Program-made: the position numbers and the translations under genes | Origin: a bacterium | GTDB lineage: Bacteria; Sysuimicrobiota; Sysuimicrobiia; Sysuimicrobiales; Humicultoraceae | NCBI GenBank assembly: GCA_041487495.1 | Contig: JBGPNN010000002.1 | Location: 1 to 40,033, forward strand | Length of the DNA stretch: 40,033 nucleotides | Reading direction: 5' to 3' | The notes under the pieces: model-generated | What the model saw: the letters and a program-made list of their open reading frames with translations, nothing else | Told to the model about the DNA's origin: nothing | The model's database searches: none | In this document: in pieces, positions 26,070-34,937 of the stretch | How positions within the stretch are numbered: the stretch's first letter is position 1 | How the letters are laid out: every line of letters starts with the position of its first letter

Positions 26070-26075
26070 TCCGAC

Positions 26076-27680
26076 TTAGACGACGACCGGCGGACGGTAG
26101 GTGCTGAACACGCCGCGCAGCACGTCGCAGATCTCCCCGATGGTCGCGTAGGCGTTCACGGCCTCGAGAATTGGCGGGATCAGATTGCCGGTGCCGCGGG
26201 CCGTATCGGCGACGCCAGCCAGCGCCCGCTCGACGGCCTGCGCGTCGCGCCCGGCGCGCACGCTGGCCAGCCGCGCCTTCTGCCGCGCCAGCACGCCAGG
26301 GTCGATCCGCATCGTCTGGAACCGTACCGCGCTGTCGCTCTGGAACCGGTTGACGCCGACAACGACCATATCCCCTCGATCGGTGGCCCGGGCTTCGCGA
26401 AACGCGCTCTCGGCCACCTCGCGTTGGATCAGACCGGCCTCGATGCCCCGTAGCGTGCCCCCGGTCGCTTCGAGTTGCTCGATGCGCTCGCGGGCGCGGC
26501 GTTCAATCTCGTCCGTCAGGTACTCAATGTAATATGACCCGGCCAGAGGATCGACCGTGGCGGTGACGCCACTCTCGTAGGCGATAACCTGTTGAGTTCG
26601 CAGCGCGAGCAGGGCCGCCTCTTCGGTCGGGAGCGCCAAGGCCTCGTCGCGCGAGTTCGTGTGGAGGGACTGCGTGCCGCCCAGCACCGCGGCCAGCGCC
26701 TGAATGGTCACCCGTACCACGTTGTTGTCGGGCTGCTGTGCGGTGAGCGCCGCGCCGGCCGTCTGGGTGTGGAAGCGCAACATCATCGAGCGCGGGTCCT
26801 GCGGCGCGAAGTGTTCGCGGACCAGCCGGGCCCACAGCCGGCGTGCCGCCCGGAACTTGGCCACTTCTTCCAGCAACGGCATCTGCGCCGCGAAGAAAAA
26901 CGAGAGTGACGGCGCGATCCGGTCGACACCCAAGCCAACGTCTGCGGCCGCCCGCAAATACGTCAGGCCGTTGGCCAGTGTGAAGGCCACCTCCTGCACA
27001 GCGGTCGCCCCGGCTTCGCGGATATGGTACCCGCTGATGCTGATCGGGTTCCAGCGCGGCAGGTACTGCGCGCAGTGCGCAAACATGTCGGTGACCAGCC
27101 GCAGCGACGGCTTCGGAGGGTAGATGTAGGTGCCCCGCGCGATGTACTCCTTGAGAATGTCATTCTGGGTGGTGCCGTCGACCCGGTCCAGCGCGACGCC
27201 CTGCTTTTGCGCGACGGCGACGTACATGGCCAGCAGGATGGACGCCGTGGCGTTGATGGTCATCGAGGTCGACACGCGATCGAGCGGGATCCCCTCGAAC
27301 AGGATCTCCATGTCGGCCAGCGAGTCAATGGCGACCCCGACCTTGCCGACTTCGGGCTCGGCGAGCGGATGGTCGGAGTCATACCCCATCTGCGTGGGAA
27401 GGTCGAAGGCAATGGACAGGCCGGTTTGCCCCTGATCGAGCAAGTACCGGTATCGCTGGTTGGAGTCTTCGGCCGTGGCGTACCCGGCGTACTGACGCAT
27501 CGTCCAGAGACGACCGCGGTACATGGTCGGGTAGATGCCCCGCGTGAACGGGAATTCGCCGGGCCGGCCGATCTCGCGGATGGCGGGCGCGCCCTCTGGC
27601 CCGAACCAGACGGCTACCGGAATTCCGTCGCCGGTCGTCGAGGGGCGCCCGAGGTCGTCTCCATCCTGATTGTGCGTCAC
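26076..27680 (-). CDS. Methylmalonyl-CoA mutase, large catalytic (substrate-binding TIM-barrel) subunit; no B12-binding domain
   Basis: [19 protein letters not shown]…[28 protein letters not shown] and [14 protein letters not shown]. By recall these match MCM-type rather than isobutyryl-CoA mutase-type active-site residues (Tyr in RQYAG, Arg in SLR). Start set at the GTG at 27680, with GGGAGG 7 nt upstream and a GTGA overlap with the BCCP stop. Confidence 0.88.
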   Translation of the reverse strand: MTHNQDGDDLGRPSTTGDGIPVAVWFGPEGAPAIREIGRPGEFPFTRGIYPTMYRGRLWTMRQYAGYATAEDSNQRYRYLLDQGQTGLSIAFDLPTQMGYDSDHPLAEPEVGKVGVAIDSLADMEILFEGIPLDRVSTSMTINATASILLAMYVAVAQKQGVALDRVDGTTQNDILKEYIARGTYIYPPKPSLRLVTDMFAHCAQYLPRWNPISISGYHIREAGATAVQEVAFTLANGLTYLRAAADVGLGVDRIAPSLSFFFAAQMPLLEEVAKFRAARRLWARLVREHFAPQDPRSMMLRFHTQTAGAALTAQQPDNNVVRVTIQALAAVLGGTQSLHTNSRDEALALPTEEAALLALRTQQVIAYESGVTATVDPLAGSYYIEYLTDEIERRARERIEQLEATGGTLRGIEAGLIQREVAESAFREARATDRGDMVVVGVNRFQSDSAVRFQTMRIDPGVLARQKARLASVRAGRDAQAVERALAGVADTARGTGNLIPPILEAVNAYATIGEICDVLRGVFSTYRPPVVV

Positions 27681-28207
27681 GGTGCTGCCTCCCACGCGAC
27701 CCGGATCACGGCGAGCACCTGGCCGCCCGCGACTTCCTGACCGGGCCGGACCCGGACGTCTTCGACCATGCCGGCCGCGGGAGCAGAGACTTCCATCTGC
27801 ATCTTCATCGCCTCGACGATGGCCACAGTGCTCCCCGCTTCGATCCTTTGACCACGGTCTACCGGTGTGGCGATAACCAGACCAGGCATCGGCGCGCGCA
27901 CGTCATAACGGTCACCGGTCGCCCCGGTCGCCGACCGCCGAGACGGGATCGGCAGCGCACGGCGGACCGCCACCTCCACGCGCTCGGCACCGATCGTGAC
28001 GAGCACCGCGCCGCCGGCCGCGCGGAGGCGAACCGGCATCGACGTCCCATTCACGACCAGACGCCAGCACTCCAACCCGGCGACTGGTTCCAGCCTGACC
28101 CGCATCGCCTCTCCGGCCGGTGAGACCGGATCGATGTGCAGGCTTTCGGCCCTCCGCTCAACGCCGAGGCGTTGTGTGCGGCCGTGTGTCGCGACGTCGA
28201 AGATCAT
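27677..28207 (-). CDS. Biotin carboxyl carrier protein-like (about 100-aa N-terminal extension plus biotinyl domain)
   Basis: The C-terminal biotinyl domain has EAMKM (…[28 protein letters not shown]…). The ATG at 28207 forms an ATGA overlap with the biotin carboxylase stop. The 301-aa track ORF is a false extension. Confidence 0.85.
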   Translation of the reverse strand: MIFDVATHGRTQRLGVERRAESLHIDPVSPAGEAMRVRLEPVAGLECWRLVVNGTSMPVRLRAAGGAVLVTIGAERVEVAVRRALPIPSRRSATGATGDRYDVRAPMPGLVIATPVDRGQRIEAGSTVAIVEAMKMQMEVSAPAAGMVEDVRVRPGQEVAGGQVLAVIRVAWEAAP

Positions 28208-29694
28208 GCCGGGTCCCCGCGCAGACTTTCCTCGCGCGCGGCCGCCACCCATGCCAGCGCCGCACCGTTGGTGGGCAGCGCTGGAGCCTCTACCCTCGTG
28301 TATGCCCACGCGGCAGCGGCGAGCCTTGCCACATCCGCGGTCTCGGGGGAGGAGGGCCCGTGTCCCCATCCTCCTGCGAAGCGCACGTCGTAGCGACCCG
28401 CCGCAAAGTCGGGCTCGTCGAGCGCCCACAAGTGAAACGGGATCGTCGTATCCACGCCCGAGATCGCGTATTCGGCCAACGCGCGGCGCATCCGGCCGAT
28501 AGCCACCTCCCGCGTGGGTCCCCAGGCGATCACCTTCGAGAGCAGGGGGTCGAAGTGCCGCGAGATCGTCTGGCCGGCCCACAACCCGCTATCCACCCTG
28601 ATGCCGGGGCCGCCGGGCTCGCGCACACCATCGATGGTCCCCAGCGACGGCAAGAACCCCGTGTGGGGATCCTCAGCGCTGATCCGGCACTCGAGGGCCG
28701 CTCCACGCCACTGGATGTCTTCCTGACGCGCCGGCAGAGGCGCGCCACCGGCAATCACGAGTTGCGCCTCCACCAGATCGATGCCGGTGACCGCCTCCGT
28801 CACAGCGTGCTCCACCTGGATGCGGGCGTTGATCTCGATGAAGAAGAAGTCTTCGCCATCCAAGAGGAATTCGACGGTGCCAGCGTTGCGATAACCCAGC
28901 GCGCGCGCCACCGTGACGGCGGCCCGGCCCAGCGCCTCGCGCAGATGGGACGAGGTGCCCGGCGCCGGCGACTCTTCGATCATCTTTTGGTGCCGGCGCT
29001 GTACGGAACAGGCGCGCTCGCCGAGTTGCACGACGCGGTCCTCGCCGTCGGCGAGGACCTGCACCTCGACATGCCGGGGCCCGTCGATCCATCGTTCGAG
29101 ATACACGCGAGGATCGCCAAATGCGCTCTGCGCTTCCCCGCGCGCCAGGCGCAGCGCGCCCCCCAAATCCGCGGGCGATCGCACGATGTGGATTCCCTTG
29201 CCCCCGCCGCCGCCCGCCGCCTTGATCAGCAGAGGGAAACCAACGGATGACGCAACCCGCCGAGCATCCTCGTCGCTGACCTCACCGGTGCCGGGTAGGA
29301 CGGGCACGCCTGCGGAGGACGCGACGTCGCGCGCCGCGGCCTTGTCGCCGCACTGCCGCAGCACAGGCGCCGGCGGGCCGACGAACGCGATGCCGGCCGC
29401 GTCACACCCGGCCGCGAACACGGGGTTCTCCGCCAGGAATCCGTAGCCGGGATGGATGGCATCCGCTCCCGCCCGCTGGGCCAGACTGATGAGGGCCGCG
29501 ATATTGAGATAACTCTCGGCGGGCGCATCGCCCGGCAGCGGCAGCGCGTCATCGGCAAGACGGACGTGCGGAGCGCCGGCGTCGATGGGCGCGTACACTG
29601 CCAGGGGCATGATACCCAGGTCGCGGCACGCACGGATGATGCGCACCGCAATCTCCCCGCGATTCGCGATCAGCAGCCGCCGAATGCGCGGCAT
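28204..29694 (-). CDS. Acyl-CoA (acetyl/propionyl) carboxylase biotin carboxylase subunit
   Basis: MPRIRRLLIANRGEIAVRIIRA, ATP-grasp GGGGKGI and EINARIQVEHAVTE. 496 aa. Confidence 0.92.
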   Translation of the reverse strand: MPRIRRLLIANRGEIAVRIIRACRDLGIMPLAVYAPIDAGAPHVRLADDALPLPGDAPAESYLNIAALISLAQRAGADAIHPGYGFLAENPVFAAGCDAAGIAFVGPPAPVLRQCGDKAAARDVASSAGVPVLPGTGEVSDEDARRVASSVGFPLLIKAAGGGGGKGIHIVRSPADLGGALRLARGEAQSAFGDPRVYLERWIDGPRHVEVQVLADGEDRVVQLGERACSVQRRHQKMIEESPAPGTSSHLREALGRAAVTVARALGYRNAGTVEFLLDGEDFFFIEINARIQVEHAVTEAVTGIDLVEAQLVIAGGAPLPARQEDIQWRGAALECRISAEDPHTGFLPSLGTIDGVREPGGPGIRVDSGLWAGQTISRHFDPLLSKVIAWGPTREVAIGRMRRALAEYAISGVDTTIPFHLWALDEPDFAAGRYDVRFAGGWGHGPSSPETADVARLAAAAWAYTRVEAPALPTNGAALAWVAAAREESLRGDPA

Positions 29695-29703
29695 CGACGC
29701 GGG

Positions 29704-30228
29704 CTACTCGTCCTCTTCTTCGTCCGTCTCGCGGGGCCGGTCGGGGCGGTACACGAGGGAGTAGCGGCCGATCTGGAACCCCACGGCCTCCCAGAAGCGC
29801 AGGCCACGGAGGTTGCCGGCCACGACGCTGGACTGGATCTCATCCGCGCCGTTGGCCTTCAACCATTCGAGCAGGGCCAGCGCCATCCGCCGCCCCTGGC
29901 CCTCACGCCGGAACTCCGGGTAAACGAAGAACTCGCCGACCTGCGCGACCGTGCGAGCTTGATCGGCCCAATGCTTCGTCATCGCCACGACCGCGAAGGC
30001 CACCCTGCGTGTGCTATCGATACCCCACCAGATGTGACGCCGCTTGCCTTGATCGGCAAAGAGCGCCTCGAGGTATCGATCCAGCCAGGCGTCCGGCGGT
30101 GCCTCACCGGTCGTCTCCTCACGATAGCGGCCCATCCAGTCGCGGAAGCGCGGATCGCCAGCGGCGACGAGTTCGAGCTTGAGGGCCGATCCACTCGACG
30201 TTTTCACGGTTTCACCGGACAGTTTCAA
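29704..30228 (-). CDS. GNAT-family N-acetyltransferase
   Basis: Acetyl-CoA-binding motif FVYPEFRREGQGRRMALALLEWL (R/Q-x-x-G-x-G/A). About 170 aa. The start (TTG 30228) is uncertain. Confidence 0.75.
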   Translation of the reverse strand: MKLSGETVKTSSGSALKLELVAAGDPRFRDWMGRYREETTGEAPPDAWLDRYLEALFADQGKRRHIWWGIDSTRRVAFAVVAMTKHWADQARTVAQVGEFFVYPEFRREGQGRRMALALLEWLKANGADEIQSSVVAGNLRGLRFWEAVGFQIGRYSLVYRPDRPRETDEEEDE

Positions 30229-30270
30229 CTACCGGCCACGGGATTCCTGGCCTGTTCCGTCCTGCCACCA

Positions 30271-30783
30271 TCATGCGCGCGTCTCGCTGATCACCTCGCC
30301 GGTGAACAACAGGAAGTCCAGTGTCTCCACTGAGGCGCTGAGCTGCCTAAGCATCGCCATCACCTGGGAGCGGTGGTGGACTTCATGGTAGCAGAATTGG
30401 GTGAAGACCTTGATCGCGGTCGTGCGCACACGGTAGGACTGCCTGCTGGGGATGATCACGTGGACCTCGACCGGACGATCCCAGTCTCGTTCGCTTTCGA
30501 GATACGTGATGGTCCGGGTCTCCTGCACCTTCCATTCGGTCTCCACAGATGCCGCATCCGGCAGGCGCCGGGTGGAAAACGGCGGGTCGTGCAAAGGGTC
30601 GGACCGTAGTTGACTGATGAGAAACCACTCGGCGCCCGCCATGTGGTGTAGGGTCCGCCTCACGGTGCGAAGCCCGAACGGAAACTCCTGGACATACTGC
30701 TCGGCCGACAGGCTCCGGACGCGTTCGAGGAGCCGGCGGCGAGTGTCGGTCACATAGCGGTAGTGATCAAGCGGCCCCACCAC
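30271..30783 (-). CDS. DinB-family (four-helix bundle, metal-binding His triad) protein
   Basis: HHMAGAEWF near the N-terminus and YHEVHHRSQV near the C-terminus. The GTG at 30783 has GGAGG 8 nt upstream. The track start at 30792 abuts the SD. Confidence 0.75.
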   Translation of the reverse strand: MVGPLDHYRYVTDTRRRLLERVRSLSAEQYVQEFPFGLRTVRRTLHHMAGAEWFLISQLRSDPLHDPPFSTRRLPDAASVETEWKVQETRTITYLESERDWDRPVEVHVIIPSRQSYRVRTTAIKVFTQFCYHEVHHRSQVMAMLRQLSASVETLDFLLFTGEVISETRA

Positions 30784-30796
30784 GCGTCGCACCTCC

Positions 30797-32344
30797 TCAC
30801 AACGGAATGTTACCGTGCTTGCGCCGCGGATTGCTGGCGCGCTTGCGGTGCAGCACTTCCAGCGCCGCGATGAGCCGCCGGCGCGTCTCGCGGGGGGGAA
30901 TCACGTCGTCGATGTAGCCGCGGGACGCGGCCACGTAAGGGTTGGCGAACTGCGCGCGGTACTCGGTCACCAGTTCACGGCGACGGGTCTCGGGATCGGC
31001 CGCCTCGGCGAGTTCCTTGCGGAAAATGATGTCGATGGCGCCCTCCGGCCCCATCACGGCGATCTCGGCGGTGGGCCACGCCAGGTTGAGATCTCCGCGG
31101 ATGTGTTTGCTGGACATGACGTCGTACGCGCCGCCGTAGGCCTTGCGTGTGATGACGGTCAGTTTGGGCACCGTCGCCTCACAGTAAGCGTAGAGCAGCT
31201 TCGCGCCGTGCCGGATGATGCCGGCGTGTTCCTGCGCGACGCCGGGCAGGAAGCCCGGCACGTCGACAAAGGTCACCAGCGGGAGGTTAAACGCATCACA
31301 GAAGCGCACAAACCGCGCGCCCTTGACGGACGCGTCGATGTCCAGCACGCCGGCCAGGACGGCGGGTTGCTGGGCCACGACCCCCACCGGCCGGCCGTGC
31401 AGCCGTGAAAACCCCACGATCAGATTGCGCGCGTAGGCCGCGTGCACCTCGAGAAAATCACCGTCATCGACGATCCGGCGGATGACCTCGTGCATGTCGT
31501 AGGGTTTCGCAGGGTCTTCCGGCACGAGGGCGTCGAGCGCCGGATCCGCTCGCGCCGGGTCGTCGGCCGGCACCCGGTGCGGCGCGTCATCGAGGTTGTT
31601 CGCCGGCAGGAACCCCAGCAGGCGGCGGATCATGAGCAGACAGTCTTCATCGTCGGCGGCCACGAAGTGCGCGATGCCGCTCGTGCCGGCATGCACGTCG
31701 GCTCCGCCGAGTGCCTCGAATGACACGTCCTCGCGCGTGACGGTCCTCACCACCTGCGGGCCGGTGACGAACATGTACGACGTGCCGCGCACCATGATCG
31801 TGAAGTCGGTGATGGCCGGCGAGTACACGGCGCCGCCGGCGCACGGCCCCATGATCGCGGAGATCTGCGGGATGACGCCGCTGGCCAGCGTGTTGCGCAG
31901 AAAAATATCCGCGTAGCCGCCGAGGCTGACGACACCCTCCTGGATACGCGCGCCGCCAGAGTCGTTGAGCCCGATGATCGGGGTACCCGTCCGGGTCGCC
32001 TGGTCCATGACCTTGCAGATCTTCTCGGCATGCCCCTCACCCAACGAGCCGCCGAGCACAGTAAAGTCCTGCGAGAAGACGTGCACCGGCCGGCCGTCGA
32101 TGACCCCGTGGCCGGTCACCACACCGTCGGCGGGCACCTCGGCCCGGTCGAGGCCGAAGTCGCGACCGCGCGGAGCGACAAAGGGGTCGAGCTCGACGAA
32201 CGACCCGGCATCCAGCAGGACGTCCAGCCGCTCGCGTGCGGTGAGCTTGCCCGCCTCGTGTTGCCGGCGGATCCGCTCCTCGCCGCCCATGCGCAGGATA
32301 CGCTCCTGGCGGCGGCGCAGGTCGTTCAGGCGGTCAGAAGACAC
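30797..32344 (-). CDS. Acyl-CoA carboxylase carboxyltransferase (beta) subunit, propionyl-CoA carboxylase / methylmalonyl-CoA carboxyltransferase type
   Basis: 515 aa. [12 protein letters not shown]…, [19 protein letters not shown], and a second crotonase-like half (VGVVAQQP…, AYGGAYDVM). GTG start 6 nt after the upstream stop. Confidence 0.92.
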   Translation of the reverse strand: MSSDRLNDLRRRQERILRMGGEERIRRQHEAGKLTARERLDVLLDAGSFVELDPFVAPRGRDFGLDRAEVPADGVVTGHGVIDGRPVHVFSQDFTVLGGSLGEGHAEKICKVMDQATRTGTPIIGLNDSGGARIQEGVVSLGGYADIFLRNTLASGVIPQISAIMGPCAGGAVYSPAITDFTIMVRGTSYMFVTGPQVVRTVTREDVSFEALGGADVHAGTSGIAHFVAADDEDCLLMIRRLLGFLPANNLDDAPHRVPADDPARADPALDALVPEDPAKPYDMHEVIRRIVDDGDFLEVHAAYARNLIVGFSRLHGRPVGVVAQQPAVLAGVLDIDASVKGARFVRFCDAFNLPLVTFVDVPGFLPGVAQEHAGIIRHGAKLLYAYCEATVPKLTVITRKAYGGAYDVMSSKHIRGDLNLAWPTAEIAVMGPEGAIDIIFRKELAEAADPETRRRELVTEYRAQFANPYVAASRGYIDDVIPPRETRRRLIAALEVLHRKRASNPRRKHGNIPL

Positions 32345-32350
32345 GAAGCG

Positions 32351-33673
32351 CTAAGATGTCGGTCCCGGCTCCGATGGCAGCGCGTTGTAGGGACGGATGG
32401 CAATGATGCCGTGCTTGAACACGAGTTCCTGGATGCCATTGACCTCTACCATCAGAGAGTAGGTCCCGTGGTCTCGGACGATGGCCGACGGAATCTCGTA
32501 TCCGTCACGGCAGCGAATATAGACCGGCGCGCCGGCCATCACCAGCCGCCGGTAGAAGGCGTCTTCCATCGACAGCTTCGGTGGAGCCTTGGCCACCGTC
32601 GAGCCGTCAGGTCGATATTCCTCGCGCATCACCATGGCTGCACCTCCTTGAAGTTCAGGGCGAATCTCGGCCATGTCGTGGATCACGTCGGCGTCGGTCA
32701 ACCTGGCTTGAAACGTGTCTCCTTGGTCATTCGATGGGCGCGCGTGAGGCAGCGTGGCCACCTGGGGTCCAGGCATTGATGGATGGGCGCCCCGCGCGCC
32801 GCCGAACGATTCGGGCTCGTGGGACTCATTCTCGGTCTCTGCATCGGGCGCTTCCTCCGCCATCGAGGCGACGGCCGGTTCCTGTCCCGTGCGGATCAGT
32901 CGTTCGTAGTGACGGCGCAGCCCCTCGAACTGCCGCTGGCGGTCCGCGCGCGCGCGATTCGCCGGTCCGGCCGGTCGGGGCGGCTTTTGGGCTGCGTCCA
33001 GGACGGCTTGAACAACGGCCTCCGTCTCGCTCGCCGTGACCGGCTCCGCGCCGATCTGCAAGACACTCGCTTTGTCGCTCGCCAGCGACACGGCCACCAT
33101 GCCCACCGTGGCGCCCGCGAATGACACCATGTTCAACCCTTCCAGCGATGGCCGCACGCCCAGCCGCTCGAGCAGCGGGCGCAGCGCCTCGATCGTGGCG
33201 AGTGCGACAGTCCGCAGGCGGTGCGCCTGGCCCGGTGGGGACTGCGCGGACCCCGTCGTGGTCTTCTGTCCCCCTTCGCGCTCGTAGCGCAGGTCGACGA
33301 CGACCCTGGTCATCGTTTCAGTGATCGTTTCTTCCAGGCGGATCAGGTGGCAGGCGGGAAGTCCCTCCGCGCCCGGCGGCGGCTCCAGGTGCGCAATCTG
33401 TACCCGCCAGCCTTCCACCGGCAGGTTGAACTGGCTGATCAAGGCGGAGGTGATGGTCCGGCGAATCGCCGCGTCGTCGCGACCCGATTCGGTCGTGAGG
33501 TAGATGCGCTCTATCTCGCCAGCTTCATTGGCCACGACGCGCGCGGCCGTGATCGCGTCCAGGCGTTCGAGGAAGGTTTCGATCTCTTCTGCAAAGACTT
33601 CGCGGGACACAGGCGGCTCCGTTTCAGCTGCAAAGTGGCGACTCATCCACAGTTCTGCATCACGTGAGCCCAT
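32351..33673 (-). CDS. Uncharacterised multidomain protein with C-terminal Hfq/Sm-like domain
   Basis: This is the only plausible frame in the interval, since the plus-strand alternatives are Arg/Pro-rich nonsense. About 230 aa of N-terminal alpha/beta-looking sequence shows no motif I recognise. About 130 aa of acidic/Pro-rich linker follows. The C-terminus EDAFYRRLVMAGAPVYIRCRDGYEIPSAIVRDHGTYSLMVEVNGIQELVFKHGIIAIRPY follows the Hfq Sm1/Sm2 pattern. The start is uncertain: the ATG at 33673 has GGAGG only 1 nt upstream, and the alternative is the ATG at 33646. Confidence 0.6.
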   Translation of the reverse strand: MGSRDAELWMSRHFAAETEPPVSREVFAEEIETFLERLDAITAARVVANEAGEIERIYLTTESGRDDAAIRRTITSALISQFNLPVEGWRVQIAHLEPPPGAEGLPACHLIRLEETITETMTRVVVDLRYEREGGQKTTTGSAQSPPGQAHRLRTVALATIEALRPLLERLGVRPSLEGLNMVSFAGATVGMVAVSLASDKASVLQIGAEPVTASETEAVVQAVLDAAQKPPRPAGPANRARADRQRQFEGLRRHYERLIRTGQEPAVASMAEEAPDAETENESHEPESFGGARGAHPSMPGPQVATLPHARPSNDQGDTFQARLTDADVIHDMAEIRPELQGGAAMVMREEYRPDGSTVAKAPPKLSMEDAFYRRLVMAGAPVYIRCRDGYEIPSAIVRDHGTYSLMVEVNGIQELVFKHGIIAIRPYNALPSEPGPTS

Positions 33674-34913
33674 ACCTCCGCGCGAATCCCGTCAAGGCCG
33701 TCTCAAAACACTCTTGAGGCGCGCGCACAAGTCCGGCGCCAATGATGGGATGCCCGGGATCTTTGTGGGCCATGGCCGTGTCGATGATCGGGAGGATCGC
33801 CGTCCGCACGACCTTACGCACGTCGATGCCCACCGGTGCGCCCGCGAAGCCAAAGACGGGCATGCGGTATGTAGGACTGGTCGTCACCGTGATTTCGCGC
33901 ATGTCGCGAGTGTATTGCAGCGCCTGGTCCGGTGTGCCGCCAATGAGGCTCAGGATGCCAGGGGCGCCGCCGAGGACGAACCCGCCCCACCCTACCGTCT
34001 CGGTGATCGCGGAATCACCCATGTCGCGCCCGGCGTCCCCTTCTTTGTACCCGGGGAGAAAAAGCCCTTCGACCCGGGGTGACGGCGCCGTAAACCACTC
34101 GTCCCCGAGGCCGCTTACGCGGATGCCGAACTCGGTGCCGTTGCGCGACATGGCGGTCACGATAGTGCTGTACTCGACATCCGCGGCTGCATCCGCCGCC
34201 GACTTGGCCGAGGCCATCGCCAGGGCGAGGAAGAACACCTCGTGGTTGGCCAGCAGCCGCAGCGTATTGATCAGGTGCTCCCTAGGAACGCCGGCCTCGA
34301 TCATCGGCACCGCCATGGCGTTGGCAAAGAGACTGGACGCCGCCACCGGGCGGTTGTGCAACTCATCCCCCATCTGCAGCGCCTTCGCGATGAGCGTCTT
34401 CAGCCCAAGGCCCCCCATGTGTTGGAGACCTTTCCGCAGCGATGGTGACCAGATGTCGCGCCACGCGCGCAGACCACTAAGGGCTTGGTCGCTGTAATCG
34501 CCGAACTGCTGCCGGCTCTCAACCACGCGGCAGAAGGCGCGGTTCCCGCGGGTCCGGTTCTCGACGACGAAGACGGGTAGCGACCTGGAGATGGTCCCCG
34601 CCATCGGCCCTACGGCCTGGTGATGGTGGTTGGGCTCGAGTCGGATAGCGCCGTCCTCGAGGAGCTTGATCGCGTCGCCGGCGGACGTCGCCCAGCCCTC
34701 GAACAGGACCATCCCGATCACCGCGCCCCGCTGAGCACCGCACATGCGCGCCCAATCGACGGGCGGTCCCGAATGCAGGATCATCCGGTCCTCGAGCCCG
34801 GGGATGACCTCGCCGGCGGGGGCGATGTCGACTAGGACCGGCTCGGCGTCCGTGATGCCCCGCGCTGCCTCGGCGTTGGCCGCCTCGATCTTCTGCTTCA
34901 GGTCCGTGACCAT
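33660..34913 (-). CDS. DUF1116 domain protein (E. coli YlbE-like)
   Basis: 417 aa. Segments ILHSGPP…, LFEGWA…, NHHHQAVGPMAG…VVENRTRGNRAFC, VTAMSRNGTEFGIRVSGLGDEWFTAP and MGDSAITETVGWGG match my recollection of YlbE/DUF1116. Not verified by a search. Confidence 0.6.
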   Translation of the reverse strand: MVTDLKQKIEAANAEAARGITDAEPVLVDIAPAGEVIPGLEDRMILHSGPPVDWARMCGAQRGAVIGMVLFEGWATSAGDAIKLLEDGAIRLEPNHHHQAVGPMAGTISRSLPVFVVENRTRGNRAFCRVVESRQQFGDYSDQALSGLRAWRDIWSPSLRKGLQHMGGLGLKTLIAKALQMGDELHNRPVAASSLFANAMAVPMIEAGVPREHLINTLRLLANHEVFFLALAMASAKSAADAAADVEYSTIVTAMSRNGTEFGIRVSGLGDEWFTAPSPRVEGLFLPGYKEGDAGRDMGDSAITETVGWGGFVLGGAPGILSLIGGTPDQALQYTRDMREITVTTSPTYRMPVFGFAGAPVGIDVRKVVRTAILPIIDTAMAHKDPGHPIIGAGLVRAPQECFETALTGFARRYGLT

Positions 34914-34937
34914 GCGGCAACCCTACCCGGGCCGGCG

